From Monocercomonoides exilis PA203 (lineage: Eukaryota > Protista > Preaxostyla), in the NCBI GenBank assembly GCA_001643675.2, contig LSRY02000045.1, positions 620,001 through 684,000 on the forward strand: a DNA stretch of 64,000 nt, read 5' to 3'. Position 1 is the stretch's first letter. Each line of letters starts with the position of its first letter. The notes under the pieces were generated by a model, which searched no databases, was not told where the DNA came from, and saw only the letters and a list, made by a program, of their open reading frames with translations. Shown in pieces: positions 37,601-50,540 of the stretch. A program made the translations under genes and the position numbers.

Positions 37601-38343
37601 AGTGATTTTTTCTCTGATTTTTTCAAAAAGGATTTATGATTGAAAAAAATATGAAGTTGTTAATTTATTAACAAAAATTACAAACTTTTATTGTATTTTT
37701 TACAAATCTTGAACATTCAGAAGATTCTGTTGAGTTGGTCATTATGAATTTTTCAAACTTGATTTCATCTTCAAAACTTAATTCTGAGTTAAACAATAGA
37801 ATAAGTTGATGAATGGAAATAATCCTATTAATTGCATTTTGAACCAACAAACTTGATTTTGTGTTATAAAAAGATTGCCTTTTCCTTTGAGAAACATCGA
37901 AACTTAAATTAGAGGAGCTCTGTTTTGCGAAGTTATAATTGCCCAATGTGCAATTAAAGCCCAGTTTTTCCAGCTGACAGAAGCTGAATTCATGACAAAT
38001 TGTTTTCAATAATGCAACTTTGACATGTTTATTGTCTTCGGAGTTGTAAAGACTAGCCATTCTTAACAAAACGCATTTCCATTTTTCTGAAGTTGCCATT
38101 TTGAACAAAGGAAGTTAAAACCTCAATAAATGAAAAAACCAATAACAAACCATCAAAAATTTTCTGAATCTTTGTGAAAAACTTTTTTCCTTTATTTGTG
38201 TGAAGGAACATGAACTTCAACATTTTCACAGCCAGATGAGTGGATTTTTCCTCAATGAAATTCCAGACATCTGCGCACTTTTCACTTTTACGAGATGCAG
38301 ATAGATCCGAAAAAAGCATTTCTTTACCGAAACTTGAGAACAA
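34692..38343 (-). pseudogene. Sola2-like DDD transposase with an internal USP (peptidase C19) deubiquitinase domain; disrupted, probably intron-containing
   Basis: Transposase: IRIINSTKAKLYDKL..MSLSTFYK..KRSDLxGLC, LLFDFKEKF, FICDTGPHFRN, FFCEKHGKCECDG. USP: LPNIGNTCCVASLVQ, QQE, CxxC..CxxC, LFHKGDEINGHF, WYMCEDG. One frame runs from 37626 through TAG 36607 and TAA 36070 into the transposase. Confidence 0.75.
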
Positions 38344-41300
38344 TGTTTCTTAAGCACAAAACAAATTACTGAAGAGATAATGGTTTAACCCATCATTTGA
38401 ATAACAAACTTTTTTTATGAAATCTGTGAGAAATAGGAAGGAAACCGTTGAAATACAAAAATGCTAAATTCTTTATAAATAATATGGATTCTTATGAAAG
38501 TTGTATATTTTCATTTATATTTTTGTTCTTCTCTTTTCTCATAACTTGTTTTTATTAAAGCATTGGTGGAAACGAATATTAACTTGAATATTTTTAATGA
38601 CAAAGCAATGGAGAAGAGGCATGCCTATTATCTTTGAGGATAACAGTGAAGCATTCACCTTTTTTCTCAACTCGAATCTAAAATTATTAACGGAAGAAGA
38701 AATTCGTGAATAAATATTAGTTGTTCAAATATAACGAAATAATCTGAATTGGAGTTAAGCCATGAAGAAATGAAAACAATTCGGCATTTTGTTATCTTTG
38801 GAAAATGTTCATTCATAATTTCTATTACTGGAAAAAAGTTAAATGCAAGCACAACAACAAAACAAAGAGATTTTTCAATGAGTTCAACAGTCTGAATATA
38901 AATCTCAGTTTGATAACTTTCTTTTTTATTTTTTAAATTAACTGAAAATGCTTTGAATTCAAGGTTGAAGGAGCATTTAACAAAGAAAGCTTGTTTTGAA
39001 AAAGAAAATTTAATTATTGAAAAAATATTATCATTTGCTATATCAAAAAATGACTATTGAAAATTCATGACACATCAAAATTTGCTTCATCAAGAAGAAA
39101 CAGTTTATATCTGTATTTTTTCTCTTTTTTTATATGTTTTCACGAAATTTTTTTTAAAAAGTTGTTTTTTAAGAAATTGTGTGTTCATAACATATAATAA
39201 TACAAAATGATGCATTTCAAGCAACGAATAATCCTTCTTCTTCAACGCACAATATGAAGCTTCAACATTCATGCGATGAGAAAAGTTTTAAAAACAACTG
39301 ATCCATCATCTTTTTCTTTATCAAAAAATCACTTCAATCTATTTTCATCTTTCAACATTTCAAATAGAGAAACTTCATATAATATTTTTTTAAAATTTAA
39401 ACATTCTTTTGACATTCTTTCTTCATGTCTTTTGACATTAAACAATAATATTCTGTTCAATCTGCACTATCCTTGCTTTTCCGCAACATGGATGAATTCA
39501 ATGGGAAAGATTATAAAATCAGAAATGTTAATTTTCTAATGGAGAAAGATAAGAAAGCCTCAGTTCTGTTCTTTAAGTATCTTTTTCATTGAGTTCATAA
39601 TTCATTATTTTCATTGCAGATGATTTCAAAAATTTGTCTGATTCACAAGAGACTTTAAGGCCTTTCGGCAAGAATTTGAAAAATGTGAATTTTTGACTGT
39701 GTTTTTTTTGCAATAGAGCATAAAGATTTTTAACGAAAAATTTTAAATAAAGTATTGAAAAATGTTTAATTTCTTCAAAATTAAATGGATCAGAATTATA
39801 ACACTTTTTTGTCGAAGGATAAAAGCATTTTCCTTTAAAATTCAACAAATTATAAATTTTTCTTTCAATCATTTTCACAGAATTTTCAAAAATATCCATT
39901 TCTTAACTGTTCACATTTCATTTTTCCCACAGAATACTGATGCTTTGATTTTTCGGAATATCCCTTCCAACTCAGACTTTCGTTTCTTCAGCTTTCCCTT
40001 TTTGTTTCATGCAACGCTCCGCTGTTGAAATTCATCGAACTTATGCATTTGAAGGCTGATGTTTCAAGCAGATATTTAAAGAAAGGAAAAATCAAAGAAT
40101 AAGCATAAGCAGTTGAAAAAAAGGTCGAAAGCCATTGAGGATAGAGAAATGAGCATCAAAAAATGACATTTTTGAAGAATTCCATGAGACCACTTTTTGA
40201 TTATGTTAATTGCGAAAATTTTTGGTATCTGAAAAGCGAGAAATGTTTTCTTGCATTTGAACTGTCAAAGCTATATCGACAATTAGTGATTAATCAACGA
40301 AAATGGATTTCCGCAAATCTCTTTTCCACAAATATATGTTTTCAAAACTTTTTCATATCACATATTTGAAATAACAGTTATTTGTGGTGGACTGCAAACA
40401 AAATGAGGCAAACATCTGAACAATGGACAGATAAAGAAGAATTAGAAGAGGAGGGAGAATAAGAAGCGGAAGCAAAGGTGTGAACTTATTAAATGGTAAC
40501 AGTTACTCCGTCAAACCCCTTTCATGCATTTTTATTTAATTTTAACAAATATCTCTTCTGGTCGATGTTTTCCTTATTCAAATGCTCTATCAAAGTTATT
40601 CCTTGTGTTTTGTTTGATCCTTTGAAAAGTATTTTTGTTCCACACTTGTCTCTGAGTATCTCCAGCAGCAATGGACGACACACTCTGATCACATGCGCGC
40701 AGCGTCTGTGCATTCTCAGCAGTTCCTCTTAATGTTCCTGTGAGCTTATCTCGCTTTCTGCACAAAGCTCTTGAAGCCCCTTCACCCACTTAAATGACTG
40801 TATCTTCAAAAGAAACATACTCAACACATCTTTCTGAGTGATCATTGCAGGCATTGAATTTTTTCAGTGCCTCGTCAAAAAGCATCTTTAACGTGAGTGA
40901 AATCAGCCCGTTTTTTCATCTTTCTGCTTTTCTCATATTCGATCTGCTCCCTTCTATCGCATTTTGTATCACAAAAGAGCGAATCACAGCGGAATAAAAT
41001 GATTATGCACACAACTCAATCGAAAAGCCATTTTGGCAATAACAGAGTTCCTCCTCCTTCACTCAAGAAGAATGCTGCCTTAGAAGAGAAGAAGGGAGAA
41101 GATGAAATGGTTATGAAGAATTCACACGATAGATGCTGTTAGCAGGAATATCTAAAATTTTGTTGTTCAATTGCAGTTTTGTGTGATGTGCATGCAGTTC
41201 TCGATTGTTCAGAAAACATCAGCTTTGGTTTAATTTATATGTGGAAAGGAGAAGTGTTAAAAAAATAAAAGAACGAATGAAGCTGAAGAAGGTAACGGAG

Positions 41301-42568
41301 ATACAAAAGTTCAAAAAGAAGAAGATTATGATAAGGAATGAATGATTTTCAAAGCTTTTGAATATATCTCATTTCCTCGAGATATGAAGAAAAATTCGTC
41401 GTTGATAGAGAGGTTTTGTGTTTGAATAGGGAGCAAAGAAAATAAGATAACGATATGAGTTGAGTTATTGAGTAGGAAAAAGTTGAACAAATAGTGAAGT
41501 CATTTGGAATAACAGAATGAGATAATTCAGATGAAATAAATGTGATTATGAGTGACTTCAAATATTCAAATTCAATTTAGAAAAAAAAATCCATAACAAA
41601 TCTCTTTTTTTCTTTTCTTTTCTTTTTTCTTTTTTTAATTTCTTTTTCACATTTTTCTGAAAATTTGTGTTATCTAACTTTTCGTTTTCTCAACTACCAT
41701 TCTATCCGGCACTTTTATTTTTCCACTTCTTTTCGAATATTTAAACATCCTCCTCTTTTTTGATGGACATCTATGTTTCTCCTTCATCACTTTCATACTC
41801 CCAAATGGAATTGCGAGAAATGATGAAAAATGATCAAATGAAGAAATGATGATAACGATGGTGATTGCATCACCGATGAAGTGGATAACAAAGAAAATGA
41901 AGTAATTGAAGATGAAGAAAAATAGAAGTTGAGGCAAATATCCCATTTTCTTTTATTGAAATTTTGTCAATTTTATTAAAGTTTATCTATATATCATTCT
42001 TTTTTTCTTCTCTTTTGAAAACTCCTTCTCGTTCATTTATCAAAATGAATATATAACATTTTTCCTTTTCTTGCTTCTTTTTCTTTCTCTTTTGTTCTTG
42101 CTCCTCCTTTCTTTCATCTTTAATCACAAAAATCTTCAATTTTCAGATAAAATCAATAGACTGTGGAGATCGCATTCTAATTAAAAATGAATACATTTTC
42201 TGTCGATGTGGCAACTCTTTTTTTGGAGGGAAAATCACCTTCTTATTCCCATTTTGTTACCAGCTTCTTTGAATCTAAGTTGGATGAAAGAATTAGAAGA
42301 GAAATGGAAAAGAAAGAAGAAAAAGTCCAATTTGATTCATGAAAGCTTTTGTTGGTTCCAAAGTTTTTGTTGACATTTGAAAAATGAGTGTCATCAAGCT
42401 GGAATGTGTTGTTTGCACGCAGCATATCCCCTGGTCACGATTTTTCTGGCATTATCAAAACAGCATTCTTCAGATATCTGGGGCAGTTGTCGCGTTGTCT
42501 TGTGAATGAATGCAATCTGTCATCTGAGTTGAATTTCATGGAGAATGGATGTTAGCGATCGGAGAATA

Positions 42569-44753
42569 AGTAGTATATAATGCGAGTAATTAAACCCACA
42601 TTTAAAAATGTGGCCCAAATTACTCACATTACGGCTCCAAATAACATCAAACAAGAAAATTCATAAATTTCAACTTAAATTAAGTATTAATATTTGAAAA
42701 ATGATGTGTTTTTTCACATACTTTAGTGTGATCCAAAATATTTACTGTTTTAAATTATTTCAGTTCATTTTTTTAATTCATAATAAAAATGTCAGTTCAT
42801 GTTTTTTCTTTTTTAAATTAAAGCAAATTTGAAAAACTCATATTTATATTAGAACTAAAACGAAATGACTCAGTAATGCGGTATTCGATTTGACTAATAC
42901 CAATAAGTGAAATATAAAACCAAAAAGTGAGACTTAAAACCGTTTTGATTGAGTCAAGACCAATTGATTCAATTCTGGGTGCATGATCACCATGAAATTA
43001 AAAAAATGATAGTTTAAAAATTTTCAATTTTGAATTTATAAATGAAGTTTATTTCATAAAAATTATTATGTTCATGTTTCTTCTAGAAAAAAATGGAGTT
43101 TTAAAGTTTTCACACTTTTAAAAATCCTTTGTTCAATTTTCTATCTGTCAAAATAGAATGAATTCAAAAAATAAAAAGTGTATATCATTCTTTTGATTAT
43201 TATTTATTGATTTGAAGTGTTCAAATATAATGATCAAAATAGACCAATGTTATAATAAATTAAATTAAAAAGAAAAGCAAAACACAGATTCAAATGACTT
43301 AAACAACAAAATTATTCATTGAAAACACATCTATTCAAATAATTACACAAAAATGATAAAAATCGTTAAATTTCACACATTGCTCATAAAAAAATGAACA
43401 AACTTTATTGTTCTGAGGAAAATATCCATCAAAAACAAAAATTAACTTAAATCAGTGAGTTTCTCAACTATTTCAAAACCAACGGCTCTTACAATGAATG
43501 CGAATAAGTAAAAAATGTGGTATTTCAATGGAAAAAACCAAAATATCAATCACCAAATTTATCGACATTTTGTTCGTGATCATCAATAAATATCATTCAA
43601 ACACAAAAGCAACAATGAAATAAAAAACATATCAAAAAATTAATAAAAATGAACTGCTCTGTAACAGAAAACACAAAAAACTTCAAAGAATTTTGATCAA
43701 AATTGATATATAATTTTTGTATTTTAGATCACAAATTAGATTGAGAGAAAACCGAATTGATTGAGTCAAAACCATTAAAATAGACAAAAAACGTTTTGAC
43801 TAAAACAATTCGAATTGACCCGCTAAATTCGTTTAAGTTCTATTAAGCTTTCATAACTTAAGGGTTATACCATGGCCTTTCATAATTAAGGTCAAAGGTT
43901 CAATACCCGTTAGAGGCGACAAATTTTCAAACATTTGTCAAATCAAATAAATCATGCCTCTTTGCGATATATGAGACAGAGTTACTCATAGCTGCGCTGC
44001 AGTCAAATTCGCAGTGAATTTAGAACTCAAATTCAAAATCTAATTCACAATAATAAATGATAAGTGATTAATGAAAAGTGCTTAATGAAAAGTGCTTAAT
44101 GAAAAGTGCTTAATGAAAAGTGCTTAATGAAAAGTGCTTAATGACAATCAAAATTAAACAATAAATAATTAATCGATATCGATAATTAAAATTAATCAAT
44201 CAATAATAATAATTATTGAAATCAAATCAATTACAAAACAAAATCCCAAATATTGAAAATTTCCAAAACTTTCAGTTCTTCTAAAAAATTAAATTGGACC
44301 CTTTTTCATATTTATTTTTAAAATTAAACAGGATCTATTTATGTGGGGGGAAAATGACAGAGATTTTTTAAAATCGAAATTTTTTAAATTTCTATAAAAT
44401 TAGGAATAATGAGCAAACAAAATTTTAAGAATAAGAAATTGAAGCCATCAGAAATACTTGCGAAAACATTATTTCGACTTGACGTTATTCCTGCTTTTGG
44501 AAGAGGATCTTATCAAAAAAATAAGAAACTGTTGAAAGATTATGGAAAACAACAGATTCAAGAACAAGAGTTTTTAAATGCAATAGACGAAAATATATAT
44601 GACGATGTTCAACTCTCTAAAACACATGACGAACGAAAAGAATTGAGAAAACAGAAACTTTATTCTATTATTGAAGCTGCAAACACTTTCAAATTGAGAC
44701 GTGAAAGAGCAAAAGAGCTTGATGATCAAATAGCAGTCCTCAAAAAAGAAAAA
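42569..44753 (+). repeat. Left terminal inverted repeat (~2185 bp)
   Basis: Reverse complement of 61944-64000 (64000 pairs with 42710); the left boundary is inferred from the canonical AGTAGT start. Confidence 0.9.
44068..44143. repeat. 14-bp tandem repeat TTAATGAAAAGTGC, 5 copies in the left TIR and 6 in the right TIR (~62560-62643)
   Basis: Counted directly. Confidence 0.9.
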
Positions 44754-47700
44754 GCAAAATTATTAAATGATATTCCAGTATTAGCAGAAAAAATGATGAG
44801 ATATCATCAGATTAATAAAAAAGATACATATGGAGGTGAATTCGTTAGTACTGGAGATGAGCAAGCTCGTGAAGCTTGTAAGGACTTTAAAGAATTCTTG
44901 GAAATGAACACAGATACTGAACAAGCTTAATTATTGGATGAACAGTAACATGAGCTCAAAACCAATAATAAAATTGATTTCGAAATGTTGAATAACGAAA
45001 CACGTGCTAAACTGTTTCCTGAATTGAAAAAATATCTTGAATCACTTGTTGATAAAATTACGAAAGAAGATAAATATGTGTTCACATTGAAAATTGGGAA
45101 CAAATGGAGATCCAAAAAACTGACTCCAGAATTGTATAAACAGTTACTGTCAAATTTTACTGAAAAGAATTTTATGATAGACTTGTATGTTGATAATCAA
45201 AATATCAATTTTTCTGATCCTGAAGAGAGTGATATTCCTTCATGGAGCTTATATTCTGCTATCCACATTATGAAGCTCGAAGATTTTATAAAACTTCATC
45301 CTTCATCAAAAATTGATAAACAGATTTATAAAGATAAAGGAGGACACTTCTTCGATTATGTAACTGTTGAATCAGTTAAAAAGCCTGTGACTGATTATCT
45401 TAATAGACTTCAAATTTTTGATAAATTGACAGATAATAATAATAAAACTCGAAAAGAATTATTTGATTGCTACTGGATATATGCCTTAAATTCATCAGGA
45501 CTATTCGATGATGAAACACTTGACAAGATAAGATTGCGGGTGAAAAACAAATATTTATCGTCAACAAAAATAGATGCAATATGCGAAGAGTTTTATATAC
45601 ACTGCATTATTCATGAGCTTGATGATGAAGTAGTTGGACATAATAAGTGTAGAATGTCAGCTCCTCAAAAAGCATTAAAACGTAAAACATATCTAGGAGT
45701 TGATAAAAAAGAAGCTAAATATATATTTGAGCTTAATCTTTATCAAAAGCATTATTTTATGGAAGAGAGATCTCCAATCACAGAATATTATTTAGATCAT
45801 ATGAACACACTGGATGAAACAGAATACAATGTATTTTATGAAGGATCGCACAAGTGTAGAGCAAAAGGAAAGAGAACAAAAGAAGCACTAACATCAAGGA
45901 ATTTGGTAAAGAAGATGTTTGCAAAACAGCTTTTCAGACCTATAACTTATGGTGAATATCTAAAGATAAGCGACATCACCAAGCCTAGTGTCAAACAGAT
46001 TAACGATTTGCATTATAATCCAAAATTTTGTGTGAAATCGTTTAAGCAAATTGTGAAAGAAAAAGAATTTAATTCGATGCGTTATTAAAGCAAAACTATT
46101 TCAGACTATTATTATGCAGATTTCGAAGCAGATACAACAGGTATTCATAGAGCTTTTTACTGCTGTATAACAAACGAAAATGAAACAAAACACTTCAAAG
46201 GAGAAGATTGTGCAATTGAACTGTTGAACTATATTCCTGACAACTCTTGTGTATATTTTCATAATCTAAAATATGATTTCTGTATGATAGCTAAACATGT
46301 GGATGAACTTTCAAATCAAATCGCGAAAGACAACAGATTAATGAGAATCACAGTGAAATATAATAAGAAAACCATTGTATTTAAAGATTCATTTTCGATT
46401 ATTCCAAATGCATTAAAGCAATTCCCAAAGATGTTCAATTTAAAAAATACCCAAAAAGAATTGTTTCCATATAATTACTATACATTAAAGAGATTGAAAA
46501 ATAATACTGGAATTATTCGTGAAGCAGGAGAGTGTGAAGCTAAAAAGTGGAACATCGAAGATTATGAGCTTTTTAATAAAAATATTGACACTATTCCAGG
46601 ATGTCGATTAAGTGATAACACATTCGATATGTATAAATATTGTGGATTCTATTGTGAACAAGATACAAAAATATTAAGAGAAGGATTTCTCAAATTTCGA
46701 GAAGGATTCATGAATGATTTCGATATTGATATTCACGATTACTGTTCAATAAGCTCTCTTGCAGATGCCACACTGACAAAACAAGTGTATTCGAAGAATA
46801 AGAATTTGTATAAACTGGGAGGAATCATCAGAGAGTTTATGCAGCAAGCTGTTCACGGAGGAAGATGCATGATTGCATGCAATAAAAAATGGCACTCCAC
46901 ATCTCCTATTGTGGATTATGATGCTGTATCTTTATATGCTTCTGCTATGCACAGATTATATATGGTTGAAGGAACTCCAAGTGTAATTGAAACAGATGAG
47001 CAACACTCTTATGAGTTTTTACAGAATCAGAGTGCATATGTGGTGGAAATTGAGATTACAAAAGTGAACAAACACTATCCTTTTCCTTTACTCGTATTTG
47101 AAGATGATGAAGGAAATAATTTTAACAATGATGTTATTGATAAACCAGTGAGAACAGTTGTAGATAACATATATTTGGAAGACTAGATAGAGTTTCAGAA
47201 AATAGAATTCACAGTATTAAAAGGATATTTCTGGACAGGCAATCGTGATTACTCAATCCAAAAAGTCATCGGAGAAATATTTAATAAGCGAGCTGCATAC
47301 AAGAAAGAAAAAAATCCTTTAGAAGTTATATACAAATTAATCATGAATTCTCTCTATGGAAAAACAATTCAAAAGCCTGTTGATTATGAGATAAAATACA
47401 TTAATGAAAATGATATAGGAAAATATTGGAGCAAAAATTATAATAAAATTATTGAGTCATCAAAAATAGCAGATTCAAGAAATAAAACTCATGTAGAAAA
47501 ACACAGAAGCAGATAGACACTCATTTCACATTTAATTTATTTGGAATTCATATTTTAAGCATGTCCAAACGTATTATGAATGAAGTGATGTGTCTTGCAC
47601 ATGATCTCAACTGTCAAATCTATTATCAAGATACAGACTCTATGCACATTAGAATTGATGATCTATCAAGACTAGAAGAAGCTTTCAAAATAAAATACAA

Positions 47701-48166
47701 TCGTGATTTGAAAGGAACTCAGCTGGGAAACTTCCACTCTGATTTTCCAATGAATGCATTATTCGCAAGTGAATCTTATTTCTTAGGAAAGAAAATGTAT
47801 ATTGACAAGCTAGTACTTCCTGAAAATAAAACATCTTTCATGTTTCGCATGAAAGGGATTAAGCAGTCAGCTGTTGAAGCAAAAGCTAAGGAATCAGATG
47901 AATGCGAAGATTCTCTGATGAAATTATACAAGTGCATATATAAAGGAAAAACAGTTGAATTTGATCTCACAAATGGATCTCCTTGCTTTGAATTTGAAAA
48001 AGATTTTACTGTTGCATCTCTTGAAACTTTTAAAAGACGCATTAAAACATCATTAGAAATAGGAATACCCCCCGAAGGGATAGAGATCCTTTGGATCAAT
48101 ATCACAAGCAAGTGCTCAAATAAGAGCACAAATATAGAAAAAACATTTATGAAATTCATATTATAA
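44409..48166 (+). pseudogene. polB: Protein-primed family B DNA polymerase with long N-terminal (terminal-protein-like) region; 4 in-frame stops and 1 frameshift
   Basis: ORFs 44409, 44985 and 46224 share one frame; ExoI YADFEAD, ExoII FHNLKYDF, ExoIII YCEQD, motif A DAVSLYASAM, motif B KLIMNSLYGK, motif C YQDTDS, KKMY; frameshift ~47480. The first 173 aa could be a separate gene. Confidence 0.93.
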
Positions 48167-48215
48167 TCAAATATTATTTTTATTATAATGAAATAATCAA
48201 TAATAATAAATACAA

Positions 48216-49466
48216 ATGACATCAAAATAAACTAATTCATCGACACAGTCGCTGAGAGCACGTTTGCGCATTCAATCACTCATTAAGAGTTTGTTAGCTG
48301 CGTCTGATTCTCTGCTCACAGAAATAGAAGTGTACAAGAAAATAAATAAGATTCCCACAAAAACTCGAGTGTTCAAAACATATTTTGAAGCTCACAAAAC
48401 AGATCTCATATTTGATATCACTATTGAAGAATTATACAACAGATATAGACTGGAGTATTAAAAGAAATATAATCCGAAACAGTACAAGAAACAGTTAAGA
48501 AATAATTATGAACTCATAATAGATGAGCAAACTCCTGAGCAAAATAAATTTCTTCAAGGCACGGGATTTAAATCAAAAAAGAAACAAGAATCACTTTTTT
48601 ATCAAAAATACAATTCTCTTCCTGCTGGACACTCAAAATATCTCAAGAATAGTTTTCCAGATAAAGAAAATAAGCAATACTATTTTCATCATGTGGGACA
48701 AAAATACACATTTTTGATAGATCTTATGTTTTCAGATAATTTATGTTATCTTGTTGCAATAGAACTAAATAATAGATATCTGTTTGTGGAGCCAACTAAT
48801 TTTTCTTCGAAAGATGAATCAAGCAGTGGAAAAGTCACTCATTCACAGCGTTCAGCTTCTGCTGTTGTTGAAGCTTTAAACAGAATGATTATAAGGGGAA
48901 TGAAAGTTAGATACTTGAGAGGAGATAGCGAACGTGCATTCAATAGCACTTTGGCTCACAAATATTTTAAAACTCACAACATTTCTTTTCAATCTCTTGT
49001 AAGTACAGGATCTTCTCACACACAAATGGCTCCGCTTGATAGAGTTGTCAGGACTATAAGAGACATGAATTATGCATCAAATCCTCATAGTGAGTTTATT
49101 AATCCAGTCAGAATGAAGCAACTGGTGTATTATTATAATAATGCTCCTCATTATAGTCTTTCAAAAATAATGAACTTCGATATCAGTCCTCAGCAAGTGT
49201 ACGATAATGAAGAATTGGAAAATGAGATCATTCGTCGAATTCATCAGTTGAATTTTAATATTATTAATTCTCTTGATTACAAGCTTCCGATCAACACTAT
49301 TGTCGTTTTAAAAGCTCATTATGAAAGATTAGACAAGAGAAGAATGAAAATTCTACCTGAAACGTTTACAGTAATCGGATATGATAAAGGAAAAATAAGA
49401 GTTGAGAGCAACGTTGATAATAGAATACTGCTTGTCTCAAGATGTGAAATAGCGAAACACAATTAA
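48216..49466 (+). pseudogene. Retroviral-like (RVE) integrase, D-D-D type; two upstream in-frame TAA, catalytic part 48462-49466 open
   Basis: LIDLMF, YLRGDSERAF, APLDRVVRTIRD, YYNNAPHYSL..SP; 48216, 48264 and 48693 are in the same frame. Confidence 0.88.
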
Positions 49467-49495
49467 AAAAATTACGATAAAAAATTTTCTGCAAC

Positions 49496-50500
49496 TTATG
49501 CTGTGCGTCTCCAAATTGCCAAATAAATTGCAGGAGGATCAATTGTGTGTGTATGACTATTACTGCCTCCTGTTGTGCTGAGACTTGCGGAATGGTTATG
49601 GCTTCCTCCAACTGCTGTGTAAAAATGGGTTTCACCTGATGAATCCCAATTAAATTCCATTCCAAGAATATTTCCAGGTGATCCGATACTTTGTAATGGG
49701 TGATATAAAGCATGTGTGTGTTCTCCACTGTTATCTATTGTGATGCTGTGAGTATGGCTTGGTATTTGAGAAGTTGTTAATGTCGTTGCACCAGAAGTTG
49801 ATGATCCAGATGTTGTGCCTATCAAATCTGCAGAAGATGCAGCTCTTATAAATCTTCCATTTGTTATCATTTTCCACGATGTTCCTGGATATGTTTTTGA
49901 TGGATCTGAAGCATCATATTTAATTATTACGCTGTTTATAGGATATATAACATTAACGATTGTTGTTAAAGATATCTGTTTTGCATCAATTTCTGATTTG
50001 TTGTAATAATTCTCTAATGATATTTGTTCTTTCTCGATTTCTAATAATTCTGTTCCATCCCACCAGTAATCAGGATCATTTGTCTCTTTTAAATAAAACG
50101 TTTGTCCAGTTTGTAATGTATTGACATTATCTTGAACGGAAAGCCATTGACACATATCTTCATAACTGTCAAACACTCTTGCTTTATATCCAACTTTAGC
50201 ATTCAATTCAGCGAACATATATCGATTCAAGTCTTGATTTGCTGTTATTGTTTCATTAATATCTTTAATCTTTTCTATAACACTTTCTTTCACTTTATCG
50301 ATATTCTCTAATGAATTATATATTTCTTTTATATTTTTGTCAACATTATTGAAATTCTCTAATGATTCATTTATTTCTTTAATACTTTCTTTCACATTAT
50401 CGAAATTCTTTAACGATTCATTTTTCATCTCCTGTTGCTGTTTGTGCTGAAGGATCATCAGAGCTATATTAGCGTTGATTGTTTTTAATGAGGAACTCAT
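49496..50500 (-). CDS. Fibre/baseplate-like structural protein: coiled coil + PDYWWDG domain + phage baseplate/tail-collar-like C-terminus
   Basis: Intact 334 aa; IYPINSV..DPSKTYPGTSW..GRFIRA..TLTTSQIPSHTH..HNH..PPAIYLAIWRRTA matches the pattern of phage gp10-C-like baseplate/tail proteins. Confidence 0.72.
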   Translation of the reverse strand: MSSSLKTINANIALMILQHKQQQEMKNESLKNFDNVKESIKEINESLENFNNVDKNIKEIYNSLENIDKVKESVIEKIKDINETITANQDLNRYMFAELNAKVGYKARVFDSYEDMCQWLSVQDNVNTLQTGQTFYLKETNDPDYWWDGTELLEIEKEQISLENYYNKSEIDAKQISLTTIVNVIYPINSVIIKYDASDPSKTYPGTSWKMITNGRFIRAASSADLIGTTSGSSTSGATTLTTSQIPSHTHSITIDNSGEHTHALYHPLQSIGSPGNILGMEFNWDSSGETHFYTAVGGSHNHSASLSTTGGSNSHTHTIDPPAIYLAIWRRTA

Positions 50501-50540
50501 TTATATATTGATAAAAATAAATTGTATTTCTTATTTTTGC

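Noticed and set aside
38400-42560. Short ORFs and a possible second TIR for the Sola-like element
   Set aside because: No domain recognised, and no inverted match to the 34 kb side was found by eye.
43847-43918. Functional tRNA-Met gene
   Set aside because: The D, anticodon and T stems pair poorly; kept only as a low-confidence relic finding.
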